DNA of 64,000 bases, from positions 64,074 to 128,073 of the forward strand of contig JAGNSU010000002.1 of the NCBI GenBank assembly GCA_017987895.1, given 5' to 3'. The notes under the pieces were generated by a model. The model worked only from the letters and a program-made list of their open reading frames with translations, searched no databases and was not told the origin of the DNA. The stretch is from Flavobacteriales bacterium. Its GTDB lineage: Bacteria; Bacteroidota; Bacteroidia; Flavobacteriales_F; PHOS-HE28. Within the stretch, counting starts at the first letter, position 1, and each line of letters opens with the position of its first letter. Shown in pieces: positions 53,548 to 63,218 of the stretch. The position numbers and the translations under genes are program-made.

Positions 53548-54618
53548 ATGGCCATGGGAACGATCGCGGTGGTGGTATTGAACTGGAACGGTGAGGTGTG
53601 GCTTCGACGCTTCCTGCCTGAAGTGGTGCGTTGCACACCAGGCGCCCGCATCGTGCTGGCGGACAATGGCAGTTCGGACGGATCCGTGGCCTGGGCGGAG
53701 GCTGCGCTACCTGCCGTAAAGATCCTGCGCCTGCCCACCAATCTGGGGTTCGCAGGGGGGTACAACGCTGCGCTGGCCCAATTGGATAGCGACTACTTCG
53801 TGCTGCTCAATTCGGATGTGGAAGTGCGTCCAGGTTGGTTGGAGGGATTACAGGAACTGTTGGACCGCAACCCCGATATGGCGGCCTGCCAGCCGAAGGT
53901 TCTGGCACAACGCGATCCGTCCCGGTTCGAGCATGCGGGCGCGGCAGGCGGGTTCATCGATCGCAACGGCTATCCCTTCTGCCGTGGGCGCATCTTCGAA
54001 CTCACCGAGGAGGACCACGGGCAATACGATGATGAGCGCGACGTGTTCTGGGCCACCGGGGCCTGCTTGATGGTAAGGCGCGAAGCCTTCCGAGCGGTGG
54101 GCGGTTTCGATGCCTCGCTCTTCGCGCATATGGAGGAGATCGACCTGTGCTGGCGCTTACGCCGCCGGGGTTGGCGGATAGGGTACACGAGCACCTCGGT
54201 GGTGTACCACGTGGGTGGAGGGTCCCTGGGGTACGGAAGCCCGCGGAAAACCTACCTGAACTTCCGCAATAGCCTTATCGTGCTTACGAAGAACCTACGC
54301 GACAAGCATGTGCTGTACCGGATCCTGCGGAGGATCCTCCTGGACGGCTTCGCGGGTTGGAAGTTCCTGTTCGAAGGCCATGCGGCCCATACCTGGCAGG
54401 TGGCACGTGCGCATAGACATTACCTGCGACGCCTCCCCGCTCTCCTGCGCGAACGCAGGCGCTTGATCGGTGAGGAGAAGGATCCGGACCTCACCGGAGC
54501 GTATCGGCGCAGTATCGCGTACGACCGTTTTATCCTAGGCCAGCAAAAATTCTCGGACCTGGACCGTGGGGCCTTCGTCCAGCGCACCGATCACGCGCGG
54601 ACCCGGCGTAGCAAGTGA
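53548..54618 (+). CDS. Family 2 glycosyltransferase
   Basis: IAVVVLNWNG, LADNGSSDGS, and EEIDLCWR (DxD/ED motif region). Confidence 0.85.
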   Translation: MAMGTIAVVVLNWNGEVWLRRFLPEVVRCTPGARIVLADNGSSDGSVAWAEAALPAVKILRLPTNLGFAGGYNAALAQLDSDYFVLLNSDVEVRPGWLEGLQELLDRNPDMAACQPKVLAQRDPSRFEHAGAAGGFIDRNGYPFCRGRIFELTEEDHGQYDDERDVFWATGACLMVRREAFRAVGGFDASLFAHMEEIDLCWRLRRRGWRIGYTSTSVVYHVGGGSLGYGSPRKTYLNFRNSLIVLTKNLRDKHVLYRILRRILLDGFAGWKFLFEGHAAHTWQVARAHRHYLRRLPALLRERRRLIGEEKDPDLTGAYRRSIAYDRFILGQQKFSDLDRGAFVQRTDHARTRRSK

Positions 54619-55022
54619 TCCACCGCCAACCGATACCCTTCCAGCCCGAACCCTGTGATGACGCCCGCACACACCGCGCCCGTCAACGTGTGGTGCCGGA
54701 AGTCCTCCCGGCCATGGATATTGCTGATATGCACCTCCACGACGGGCACGTTGAGCACCGCAATGGAATCGCGCAAGGCCACGCTCGTATGTGAATAGCC
54801 CGCAGCGTTCAGGATGATCGCGTCCTGGTCCTGCGGCGCCGCTCGCATCCGCGCCACCAGTTCCCCTTCCACGTTCGACTGGGCATAGGTGAACGCTATC
54901 CCCGGGTATGCGGTCCGTATCTCGTTAAGAAAGTCCTCGAACGAGCGGTTGCCGTAGATCTGGGGTTCGCGCGTGCCCAGCAGGTCCAGGTTCGGGCCAT
55001 TGAGGATCAAGATGCGGAGCAT
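54591..55022 (-). CDS. aroQ: Type II 3-dehydroquinate dehydratase
   Basis: The ATG at 55022 gives MLRILILNGPNLDLLGTREPQIYG. Also AGYSHTSVALRD and HISNIHGRE. Its 3' end overlaps the GT2 gene by 28 nt (convergent). Confidence 0.9.
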   Translation of the reverse strand: MLRILILNGPNLDLLGTREPQIYGNRSFEDFLNEIRTAYPGIAFTYAQSNVEGELVARMRAAPQDQDAIILNAAGYSHTSVALRDSIAVLNVPVVEVHISNIHGREDFRHHTLTGAVCAGVITGFGLEGYRLAVDHLLRRVRA

Positions 55023-55135
55023 GGGGCAAAGATGGGAATGCGGACGTGGGTTTGCGGTTGAGATGAACACCGCCGCGTTCGCAGTTGGCCATACCTACGA
55101 ACCTTGGCCAAGCGCAGCGTTCGCAGCTTTGAGGC

Positions 55136-56044
55136 ATGACCTGGGACCGCGCCATCGCCGACCTGCGCATCCACCTGAAGCTCGAGCGCTCATTGAGCGA
55201 TCGCACGGTGGAAGCGTACCTACGCGACGTCGGCAAACTGCGCCGCTATGCCGAGGCCCAACAGCCTGTGTTGCTTCCGGAGCAGGTCCAGTTGGACGAC
55301 CTACAGGCCTTTGTCACCACAGTTGCCAAGCAAGGCGCCGCGGCCACGAGCCAAGCTCGGTTGTTGAGCGCTGTGCGTTCGCTCTTCCGCGGGTTGCGCC
55401 GCGAGAAGGTGATCGAAGGGGATCCCACCGAACTATTGGAGAGCCCACGCACGGGACGCACCTTACCCACCTTCCTCAGTGTACAGGAGATCGATGACCT
55501 GGTGGGGGCCATCGACATGAGCGGTCGGCTTTCACATCGCGACCGCGCGATGATCGAAACCCTCTATGGATGCGGCCTCCGCGTGAGCGAACTCTGCGGC
55601 CTTCGCCTGTCCTGGCTGCATTTCGCCGATGGCTTCATTCGCGTGGTGGGTAAAGGCGACAAGGAACGGCTGGTACCCATCGGGCCCGATGCCATCAAGC
55701 GGATCGTGCGCTATCGCGACGAGGAACGTGTGCATCTTCCGGTACAACGCGCCGCTGTGGACCTGCTTTTCCTCAATGCGCGCGGCTCCGGTCTCTCCCG
55801 CGTCTCTGTGTTCAACTTGGTGAAACGTCTGGCCACGAAAGCGGGGATCCGCAAGACGATCAGCCCACACACCTTCCGGCACAGTTTCGCCACGCACCTG
55901 GTGGAAGGCGGCGCCGATCTGCGCGCCGTGCAAGAAATGCTCGGTCACGCGAGCATTACCACCACCGAGATCTATACGCACCTCGACCGCGAGTATCTGC
56001 GCAGCAACATCATGCGCTTCCACCCCCGTGCGAAACGGGCTTAG
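55136..56044 (+). CDS. xerD: Tyrosine site-specific recombinase XerD-like
   Basis: 302 aa. N-terminal SAM-like domain. Catalytic-domain motifs GLRVSEL, HTFRHSFATHL and LGHASITTTEIYTHL. Confidence 0.85.
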   Translation: MTWDRAIADLRIHLKLERSLSDRTVEAYLRDVGKLRRYAEAQQPVLLPEQVQLDDLQAFVTTVAKQGAAATSQARLLSAVRSLFRGLRREKVIEGDPTELLESPRTGRTLPTFLSVQEIDDLVGAIDMSGRLSHRDRAMIETLYGCGLRVSELCGLRLSWLHFADGFIRVVGKGDKERLVPIGPDAIKRIVRYRDEERVHLPVQRAAVDLLFLNARGSGLSRVSVFNLVKRLATKAGIRKTISPHTFRHSFATHLVEGGADLRAVQEMLGHASITTTEIYTHLDREYLRSNIMRFHPRAKRA

Positions 56045-56048
56045 CTCT

Positions 56049-56582
56049 TCAACTGTCGTTGCGGGCCAGGGTCTGCCTGCCGGTCAGTATCCTTTCATAC
56101 GCGGCCATCAGGGTAGTGATCTCCGGCCGGATACGTTCGTCGTAGCCTTCATCCCAGCTTAGCCGCCCGTTCAACGGGTCGAACGTCGCAATGCCCATGG
56201 GCAGATCGAAGAGGGACAGATCCAGTTCAGGTAGGCGCTCCAGCATGGTCATCTCGATATACACCTCCTTCACGCTGTGGTCGCCCTGCCACTCCGGGCC
56301 ATGGGTACTAACGGTGTAGCACTTGCTGACATGCCCGGGAAGGGCGAAACGGATCACGTAGTCCGCATTGTTGTCCAAGAGCACTTCATAGCGCCCATTG
56401 GCACCTGTTGCCAGCGTGCGCAACTTCTCGCCGTTCTTGTAAATGCGGACGGATGCATCCGCCAACGGCGATGCCGTGGTCTTGTCCGTGACCACCCCGA
56501 CCAGGCGGAGATGCGCTGCGGACGATCGGAGAGCAACGACGCACAGCAGTGCGGTGATCGTATGGGTAAGCATCGTTCTCAT
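56049..56582 (-). CDS. Small secreted protein with the shared carboxypeptidase-regulatory-like module
   Basis: The ATG at 56582 gives MRTMLTHTITALLCVVALRSSAA. LVGVVTDKTTASPLADASVRIYKNGEKL...ADYVIRF...ATFDPLNGRLSWDEGY aligns with the N-terminus of the 7472-11365 protein. Confidence 0.7.
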   Translation of the reverse strand: MRTMLTHTITALLCVVALRSSAAHLRLVGVVTDKTTASPLADASVRIYKNGEKLRTLATGANGRYEVLLDNNADYVIRFALPGHVSKCYTVSTHGPEWQGDHSVKEVYIEMTMLERLPELDLSLFDLPMGIATFDPLNGRLSWDEGYDERIRPEITTLMAAYERILTGRQTLARNDS

Positions 56583-56716
56583 CGCGTGGACCGGCGCTTT
56601 GGTGGCTCCGGCGGGCGGCGAAACTAGAAGCGGCCCGATCGGGATCAAAGTCGGATCCGGGCCTTTTCGATTTGATCGATCAACAGGCACTTGTGAAGAA
56701 CCCCGGTGGTCCGAAC

Positions 56717-56748
56717 GAACAAGGGCGGCCCTTCGGCCGCCCTTGTTC
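56717..56748 (-). terminator. Perfect 14-bp hairpin after the 56766-59369 gene
   Basis: GAACAAGGGCGGCC / CTTC / GGCCGCCCTTGTTC. There is no T-tract. Confidence 0.45.
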
Positions 56749-56765
56749 AAGACCTCGTTCGAGGA

Positions 56766-59369
56766 TCAGCGTACGATGATCCGCTGTTCGGAACTACCAT
56801 CAGCGGTCGTCACGCGCACCAGATACGCTCCAGACTGAAGCATGGCTTCCACGCCGATCAGCACATTGGTACCCTGTTGCAAGGGCTGCCGCTGCTGGCG
56901 CACCAAGCGTCCCGTGGCATCGAGCAGATCGATGGTGGCCATCGTGCTCGCATCGGCCCAGATCAGGTTCACAACCCCATTGGTCGGGTTCGGATACAAG
57001 GACCACGAAAGGCCTCCGGTCGGTTGAACGCCGGTGCCGAGATCCCCGGTGAGGCAGATCGTGAAGTCCCCGCCCGCACCGAAATCCGTGTTCGAATAGA
57101 CGCGTACCGTATAGCTGGTGAAAGTGCTCACCGTCAACACGATGGGGGCCGTGGGCGTGATCACACAAGCCAGTTCCGCTCCGCTGCATCCATCGCTCAC
57201 AACCACCACCCAATCCGTCATCGTGCCCTCGTCGAAGTTGACCGTGATCGTGGAATACGGTCCGGAACTGAAGATGTACCACACATCGAGCAACTCCGTG
57301 CCAACGCCGGTGCTGTCACAACTCGGGGTTCCGCCGTCCTGTGTGGCCAGAGCGTTGTTCCCCGCTGTCGCGTTCGCAGGACATTCCGCGGGGGTCCATA
57401 CCGGAAGTGCCGTTACATTGGTACAATCGTCGTTCGCCGGTGCGCTACCGCAGGCGGTCGCCGTGGCCAGGATCGTGTAGTTGCCCTGGTTGTTCGCGTT
57501 GCCGAACACCGGCACATAGTAGGTGCCGGCGGGCAGGTTGGCGAAAAGGATCGTGGCATTGCTGTCCACGCATGTCACGAAATCCGCCGCCGTAGCGAAG
57601 ACGAGCTGGTCGGCGGGACAGGTCTGGGCCAGTACCACCCATACCGTCGCGAACTCCGGTGTCGTACCACAATAGCTCAGTGTTACGTTCGCGCAAGTGG
57701 TCGTGGTGAAGGCGTGCCATACGGTGGTGGTGTCCGGGGCGACATCCAGGCCGCTGCCCACTACGGCATCATTGGTACTGGTGGCACCCACGTTGGTCCC
57801 GGTGAAAGTGAGCTGGCCGCCCACATTGAGCGCGCCCGGTACCACATTGAAACACTGGTCGTTCGGTGGAGGATTACCGCCTCCGCACGCAGTGGCCGTT
57901 GCAATAATGCTGTAGGCTCCTTGCGTGCTGGCATCGCCATAGACCGGCACGTAGTAAGTGCCTGCGGGCAGGTTGGCGAAGGTGATGGTCGCATTGCCGC
58001 TCGCGCAGGTGGTGAATTCCGTGGTGGTCGCTAGGATGATCTGGTTGGCCGGGCAGGTTTGTGTCAATACGACCCAGACCGTTCCGAACGGTGGCGTTGT
58101 GGTACAATAGCTCAGGGTCACGTTCGCACAGGTGGTGGTGGTAAAGGCGTGCCACACCGTGGTGGTATCGCCGGTCACATCCAACGCCGACCCTCCTACC
58201 GCATCGTTGGTGCTGGTGGAGCCCACGTTGTTGCCGGTGAAGGTGAGTTGGCCACCCACGTTCAAAGCAAGGGGCACCACATTGAAGCACTGATCGTTCG
58301 CAGGAGGGTTGCCGCCGCCGAAAACGCAGATATCGAAACTTGTAGTGGCCGGAATAGCGGTGTAATAGTGATAGACCCGGACGTAGTAAGTCTGGCCTAC
58401 TTGAAGCCCGGTAGCGGAGATCACCTCCACGCCACCGATCAACGTAACGTCCGCACAGCCCACGTTAACGGTTGCGCCGCAGCTACCGGAGAGTAATTCC
58501 ACCACGGCGTCCAAAGAATCAGATCCCGCGACACGCACAGTGAGGTTCGCAGCCGTCGCCACGAACCGGAACCACACATCATCATTCGCGTCACCGGTGA
58601 AGGTGCTGCAAAGGATAGCCGGAAGCGACTGGGTGGCATTCGCCACGTTGCCCACCACGGACTGGCAGGAAGTGTTCACTCCGAGCAGGACCGCTCCCGC
58701 GCAATTGTCATTGGCTGGCGGCGGTGGCGTGCCGAACACGCAAATGGTGAACTCGGGCGTAGGGGCAGCGCCGGTGAAATAGTCGTACACCCGGACGTAG
58801 TAGGTGACGCCTACGCTGAGACCTGGAGCGACGATCTGCTCCACCCCACCATCAAGGGTCACATCCGCACATGAAACGCTGGTTCCATTGCACGCTCCTG
58901 AGCGCAGTTCCACCACCGCATCGAATTGCGCCGCGCCATCCACCACGATGGTCGCCGAAGCGGCCGTAGCAACGAACTTGAACCAGACATCATCGTCCGC
59001 GTCGCCTGTTGCGCCGCTGCACGTCGATGCGGCCACACTCTGCGTCGCGCCTGTGTTATTCACGGAAAGAGGCGTACAGGTGGCACTCATGGTGAGCGTG
59101 GTGGCGCCAGCGCAATCATCGTTGGCAGGACCGCCCTGGCGGTCAGCGGCGATAGGTCCTGGAGGGCGGTGTCCTTTGTTCGGGACCATCGTCTTCACAT
59201 GCTGCGAATTCGATGCTGGTGCCGAACGAGCGAATGCCGGGTACGGGCTCGTCGCCTTCGACATGGTCGTCTTTGGTGCCTGTGCGGTGCCGCCGCGTTG
59301 TGCGAGCACGGCCATGGGTAGCAATAGTGCGCTCCCGATCAGCAGGCGCATCGCGTAGTATCCTCTCAT
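56766..59369 (-). CDS. Secreted protein with five Cys-framed beta-sandwich (pre-peptidase C-terminal-like) domains and T9SS C-terminal domain
   Basis: 867 aa with a signal peptide. The domains are two of type A (NDxCAGA...DDVWFKF...YYVRVY), two of type B (NDQCFNVVP...TVWHAFTTTTCANVTLSYC...GTYYVPV) and one of type C. The CTD is LYPNPTNGVVNL...GAYLVRV. Confidence 0.85.
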   Translation of the reverse strand: MRGYYAMRLLIGSALLLPMAVLAQRGGTAQAPKTTMSKATSPYPAFARSAPASNSQHVKTMVPNKGHRPPGPIAADRQGGPANDDCAGATTLTMSATCTPLSVNNTGATQSVAASTCSGATGDADDDVWFKFVATAASATIVVDGAAQFDAVVELRSGACNGTSVSCADVTLDGGVEQIVAPGLSVGVTYYVRVYDYFTGAAPTPEFTICVFGTPPPPANDNCAGAVLLGVNTSCQSVVGNVANATQSLPAILCSTFTGDANDDVWFRFVATAANLTVRVAGSDSLDAVVELLSGSCGATVNVGCADVTLIGGVEVISATGLQVGQTYYVRVYHYYTAIPATTSFDICVFGGGNPPANDQCFNVVPLALNVGGQLTFTGNNVGSTSTNDAVGGSALDVTGDTTTVWHAFTTTTCANVTLSYCTTTPPFGTVWVVLTQTCPANQIILATTTEFTTCASGNATITFANLPAGTYYVPVYGDASTQGAYSIIATATACGGGNPPPNDQCFNVVPGALNVGGQLTFTGTNVGATSTNDAVVGSGLDVAPDTTTVWHAFTTTTCANVTLSYCGTTPEFATVWVVLAQTCPADQLVFATAADFVTCVDSNATILFANLPAGTYYVPVFGNANNQGNYTILATATACGSAPANDDCTNVTALPVWTPAECPANATAGNNALATQDGGTPSCDSTGVGTELLDVWYIFSSGPYSTITVNFDEGTMTDWVVVVSDGCSGAELACVITPTAPIVLTVSTFTSYTVRVYSNTDFGAGGDFTICLTGDLGTGVQPTGGLSWSLYPNPTNGVVNLIWADASTMATIDLLDATGRLVRQQRQPLQQGTNVLIGVEAMLQSGAYLVRVTTADGSSEQRIIVR
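57452..58307 (-). repeat. Tandem duplication of a ~430-bp coding module (domain B1/B2)
   Basis: The two ~142-aa units share long identical stretches: QCFNVVP, LNVGGQLTFTG, TTTVWHAFTTTTCANVTLSYC, FANLPAGTYYVPV. Confidence 0.8.
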
Positions 59370-59389
59370 GTTCTTTCAGAGTTTGGGCA

Positions 59390-59397
59390 CGAAACTA
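59390..59397 (-). promoter_or_regulatory. Candidate -7 box TAGTTTCG
   Basis: CGAAACTA on the + strand, 20 nt upstream of the ATG at 59369. Confidence 0.25.
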
Positions 59398-59446
59398 ACC
59401 GTGCGTAACACTGCGGCCACAGTGCCTGAGGAAAGGATCGAACAAC

Positions 59447-61894
59447 TTAGCGTGAAACGCTGAACGCCTTGCGCGCCAGCACCTCGCCGAGATCGTTCCG
59501 AGCCACCAGCTCGTAGACGCCAACTGCCCAGCCGGAGACCGGAACAACGGTCCGATCCCGGACCGGACCACCTTCCCCCGACCGCCAGATCACCCGGCCG
59601 TCCGCGCTGGTCACTTCCAGATCGACAAGGTCTTCGGCCCCCGCCCATTCCACCGTGAGCGTATTGGCCGCCGGGACGGGATACACGCGCAACGCGTTCG
59701 GTGCGTTCGCGGCGCCATCGGCTACGGCGGAGATGAACTGGCCCTTGCCGAACGCATAGTGTCCCCTCAATAGGGAGTCGAGCAGAATATACCCCGAGCG
59801 GTTGGTGAGCGGGCCGGTCATCACGGTCTGATGCGGATAGGCGCTCCATGGTGTGCCCGCATCCGGCCGATAGAGCAGGACGGCATCTTGCTCAGTGGTA
59901 TAGTAGAGGTCGTAGTCGAATTGGTCCGCGTTCAAGGCGGTGTAGTTCAATCGGGCGTGCAGGTCCGTTCCGGGGGGCCAGATCCCATCCACCACCCAGT
60001 AATGCGTGCTGCTGATCTGGTCCACTTCGGCATCCAGGAGATCCGCATCCGGGGCGGACCAGATATGGTCCACGCGGAAGAGCGCTGAGTCGAGCAGGGT
60101 ATCCGCATACAGCCGGAAGTCCACCCGGGGCAATGTGGTAGTGAACGTCTCACCCGGCCGGAGAATGAACTCATGGTCCATGCGGGCCTGGTTCAACCGG
60201 TTGTAGCCGTTGATCACGGCCATGCGCGGTTCGAAGGGCGCGGTCAAAGTGAGGCTCGTGAACTCCCCTCCTGCTGTTACCAGGTGCTCCTGCCGTTGCC
60301 AATCCTCCCCGATCAACGTGAGGTCCAGCGGTACTTCATCATGGAAAGTGGAGGTTCCGCGCAGCCCCTGCCGAAGGACCAGGTCGACCTCCCATTCGTT
60401 GCCTTGCTGCACCGCATCGAGATCATGCAACACGAACACCGAGAAGCCCGGCGCGAAGACCCAAGCATCGAAGAACGGATCGAGATCGGCGCCCGAGACG
60501 AGCTCGAGCGCATCGCGGAACGCGTTCGCATCCACCGCGCTGTCCGCGAACTGTTGTTGAACACCCTGCATGGTCTGGCGAAATAGGCTGTCGCCCAAAT
60601 AGCCCCGCAGGTTGTGCAGTACCGCCGCCCCTTTGTAGTAGGTGTGATGCCCGTAGATGTAGGGGTCGGGCATGGGGGACAAAGGCTGGAAGCCACCGTC
60701 CTGCACATGACTGTTCTTCAACACATCGAACTGGTTGTTCTTCACCGCGTTCACGAAGGCTTCGGTGCCGCCGAGCCATTCTTCCACCAGATGTCCGGTG
60801 TACTCCGCAGGCCCTTCCTTGATCCACATATCGTTGTGGACGTACGGCGTTACCGCATCACCCCACCAATGGTGCCCCAGCTCGTGGCTGAACAACGCGC
60901 GGTTGTCGGCGATGGGTTGTGAGGTCATGAAATCCGGGTAGGCCACATTGGTCGGGATCTCCAAGGCCCCATCGGTGGTAAGAACATAGCCCACGCGCCC
61001 CCAAGCGTAAGGTCCGTACCAATGCTCGCAAGCATCGATCGCCGCGCCCAGATCACCGAAGCGTGCCACCATGCCGGGTAGTTGGCCCGCTTTCGCCGAG
61101 AGGCGTACCGGAACGTTCCCGTACGCGCCGACATGCACATAGTCGCTATCCACATAAGCGGCCACCGCCACAGCGGAGATATGCGTTGGGATGTCGTACG
61201 GCAGATCGAAGGAGCGCACCACCGTGTCCCCGGCCAGGGCGAGTTCGCCCATGAAGTCCCCCTGTCCGTGCAGCCGGTACGTACCCGCGCTCTTCACATG
61301 GTAGGTATAGGTCGCCCGTTCCACGAACGAATCGAAGCAGGGGTACCACACCTTGCCGAAGTTGGGTGGTATCGTGCTGATCCCAATGCCCAGATTATAG
61401 ATGTACCCGCTTTCGAAATAGAACCCACCCCATTGGCTGTCCCGATGCGGATGACCGCGGTAATGAACGGTCACATCGCGTTGCTCACCGATCAGTGGTG
61501 CCGTTCCCAACTCAACGCGAAGAAAGTCGCCTGACTGGGAAAAGGACAATGCACTTCCGGCGCTGATCACGGAGTCGACCACCAGATCCTTCAGGTCGAA
61601 CCGTATGAAGGTCTGCCCGGCCATTTTCGCCGTGAAGGTGATCGTGGTAGCGGCCGTGATCTGCTGCGCCCCCACCTGGGTCACGTCCAGTGCGATATCG
61701 TAGTGCAGGATGTCGAAGGTGTCGCTGCGGGCGATGGTCTCATCGATCTGTGCGCGCTCGGCGGCGGTCAACACCGGCGCTGCGCCCTGCCGGTCGCGAA
61801 AATAGTGACAGCCATACCGGTAGGGTTGGGCATCGCACCACGTGTTCACCAGAACGAGCAGGATGACCGGAAGGAAGCGACGAATGGAACGCAT
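59447..61894 (-). CDS. M1 family aminopeptidase-like metalloprotease with T9SS C-terminal domain
   Basis: The ATG at 61894 gives MRSIRRFLPVILLVLVNTWCDAQ. HELGHHWWGD and WIKEGPAEY motifs. C-terminal LRVYPVPAANTLTV...GVYELVA is a CTD. Confidence 0.85.
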   Translation of the reverse strand: MRSIRRFLPVILLVLVNTWCDAQPYRYGCHYFRDRQGAAPVLTAAERAQIDETIARSDTFDILHYDIALDVTQVGAQQITAATTITFTAKMAGQTFIRFDLKDLVVDSVISAGSALSFSQSGDFLRVELGTAPLIGEQRDVTVHYRGHPHRDSQWGGFYFESGYIYNLGIGISTIPPNFGKVWYPCFDSFVERATYTYHVKSAGTYRLHGQGDFMGELALAGDTVVRSFDLPYDIPTHISAVAVAAYVDSDYVHVGAYGNVPVRLSAKAGQLPGMVARFGDLGAAIDACEHWYGPYAWGRVGYVLTTDGALEIPTNVAYPDFMTSQPIADNRALFSHELGHHWWGDAVTPYVHNDMWIKEGPAEYTGHLVEEWLGGTEAFVNAVKNNQFDVLKNSHVQDGGFQPLSPMPDPYIYGHHTYYKGAAVLHNLRGYLGDSLFRQTMQGVQQQFADSAVDANAFRDALELVSGADLDPFFDAWVFAPGFSVFVLHDLDAVQQGNEWEVDLVLRQGLRGTSTFHDEVPLDLTLIGEDWQRQEHLVTAGGEFTSLTLTAPFEPRMAVINGYNRLNQARMDHEFILRPGETFTTTLPRVDFRLYADTLLDSALFRVDHIWSAPDADLLDAEVDQISSTHYWVVDGIWPPGTDLHARLNYTALNADQFDYDLYYTTEQDAVLLYRPDAGTPWSAYPHQTVMTGPLTNRSGYILLDSLLRGHYAFGKGQFISAVADGAANAPNALRVYPVPAANTLTVEWAGAEDLVDLEVTSADGRVIWRSGEGGPVRDRTVVPVSGWAVGVYELVARNDLGEVLARKAFSVSR

Positions 61895-61959
61895 GCGGGT
61901 GGGACGTGTGGATGGATCCGAAGCTACGCCAAGCATCCCTGTCCGCGGCATTTCCGTTC

Positions 61960-62997
61960 TCATCGTAGCTCAAGGCGCAGGGCCAGGTGCCGCTCCAGGA
62001 CCGCTCCCATGCTGCGGCAGCGACCCATCTCCACATCGCCATGGAAGACGGACAGCTCCCGCGCGAGCATGGCCACGTGCTCCTCGGTGGAGACCACATC
62101 GTCCTTCATCACGGCGATCAGCGCTTCGATCTGCGACTGGGCCAGCAGATAGCGTTTGCGCAGGAGGGCGCGTTCCTCGTTGCTGTATTGCGCGGCCGTT
62201 TCGTAGGAGATGTACTGTTGCGCGAACTCCACGAAGGGCAGGTTCTCCTTGTAGAACTGTGGCAGATAAATGCGGTGCCGTCCATCGTAGCTCTGTTGAT
62301 CGAAGTCGATGGAGCGCAGCCGGTACTGCACCTGGTCGAAGTCCTGGATCACGTCCACCACGAAGTTGTACGCCCGCATATCGCCGAGCAACCGGGCGAA
62401 GCACCGTTCGTTGAACTTCACGAACTCCTTGCTGAGCCGCACGGGGCTGAGGTGCGCACCGTAGCGTTCAGGCTCCTGCATGAAGGTATCGCCCGGTACG
62501 CCGATGATGTGCTCCTCCACCAACGTATCGCGGTGCACCATGTAGTTGATCTTGTTCGGGCTCAACAGGTGCTCCAGTTCCAGGCCGTACACGCGCGATG
62601 CATCCGCCTTCTTGATGTAGTAGTAGTCGTGGTTGTCATTGATCTGGTTGAGGATCTTGATGCGGAACGGCTGGCTGTTGCCATAAGCGCAGAAATCGAT
62701 GCTCGCCACTTTCAAATAGTCGATGCGGCGCCCGTCCGCCGCCACCATCTGGTAGAGGTCCACCAACTGTTCGTGCAGCTCGGCCTGGTCCTGGGGACGA
62801 AGGAGCACCGTGGTCCAAAGGGTGGGTCGGCCCGCGGCATCCACCTGGGGCATCAGGCCGTCGTGGCGGAGGAGTTCGGTATAACCGATCGGCAGTGGTG
62901 CCGCACGTCCATGTGCGTCCAGATAGCCCCTTAGCGCATCGGTGACCGGGTAGCTCGGCTTCTTGATCCGGATCTCATTGAACTGCTGGGCCTCCAT
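61960..62997 (-). CDS. Hypothetical cytoplasmic protein with a possible protein-kinase-like motif arrangement
   Basis: 345 aa from the ATG at 62997 (the TTG at 63009 in the track is less likely). The order is YYYIKK ... LELEHLL ... LVEEHIIG ... GDMRAYN ... SIDFDQ. No other recognisable family signature was seen. Confidence 0.65.
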   Translation of the reverse strand: MEAQQFNEIRIKKPSYPVTDALRGYLDAHGRAAPLPIGYTELLRHDGLMPQVDAAGRPTLWTTVLLRPQDQAELHEQLVDLYQMVAADGRRIDYLKVASIDFCAYGNSQPFRIKILNQINDNHDYYYIKKADASRVYGLELEHLLSPNKINYMVHRDTLVEEHIIGVPGDTFMQEPERYGAHLSPVRLSKEFVKFNERCFARLLGDMRAYNFVVDVIQDFDQVQYRLRSIDFDQQSYDGRHRIYLPQFYKENLPFVEFAQQYISYETAAQYSNEERALLRKRYLLAQSQIEALIAVMKDDVVSTEEHVAMLARELSVFHGDVEMGRCRSMGAVLERHLALRLELR

Positions 62998-63180
62998 GGA
63001 TGGGTGCAAAGGTGCGATCCCGTCCTTACCTTACACTGCGGACCGTTCCGCCATACCGCTCCCCCCTCCATCGGGGAACTATAACCTATTAGAACCTCGC
63101 ATCTGATCACCCATGATCGATCAGTAGCCCACCCACTGAATCCCTTGTCTGGCGCGGATTTCGTACATTCGTGTAGTTCT

Positions 63181-63218
63181 TAGAAAAGAAGAGGACCGCT
63201 CCTCTCGGAACGGCCCTC
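63181..63218 (-). terminator. Rho-independent terminator on the minus strand
   Basis: The minus strand reads GAGGGCCGTTCC-GAGA-GGAGCGGTCCTC (10 bp paired, 2 mismatches), followed by TTCTTTTCTA. Confidence 0.6.

Noticed and set aside
54591-54618. 28-nt convergent overlap of the GT2 and aroQ 3' ends as a regulatory feature
   Set aside because: Short convergent overlaps are common in compact GC-rich genomes. No additional structure was seen.
55136-56044. Tyrosine recombinase as a marker of an integrated mobile element
   Set aside because: It has the XerD-type N-terminal domain and the aroQ-xerD adjacency common in this phylum. It shows native GC content and has no flanking repeats, tRNA target or cargo genes.
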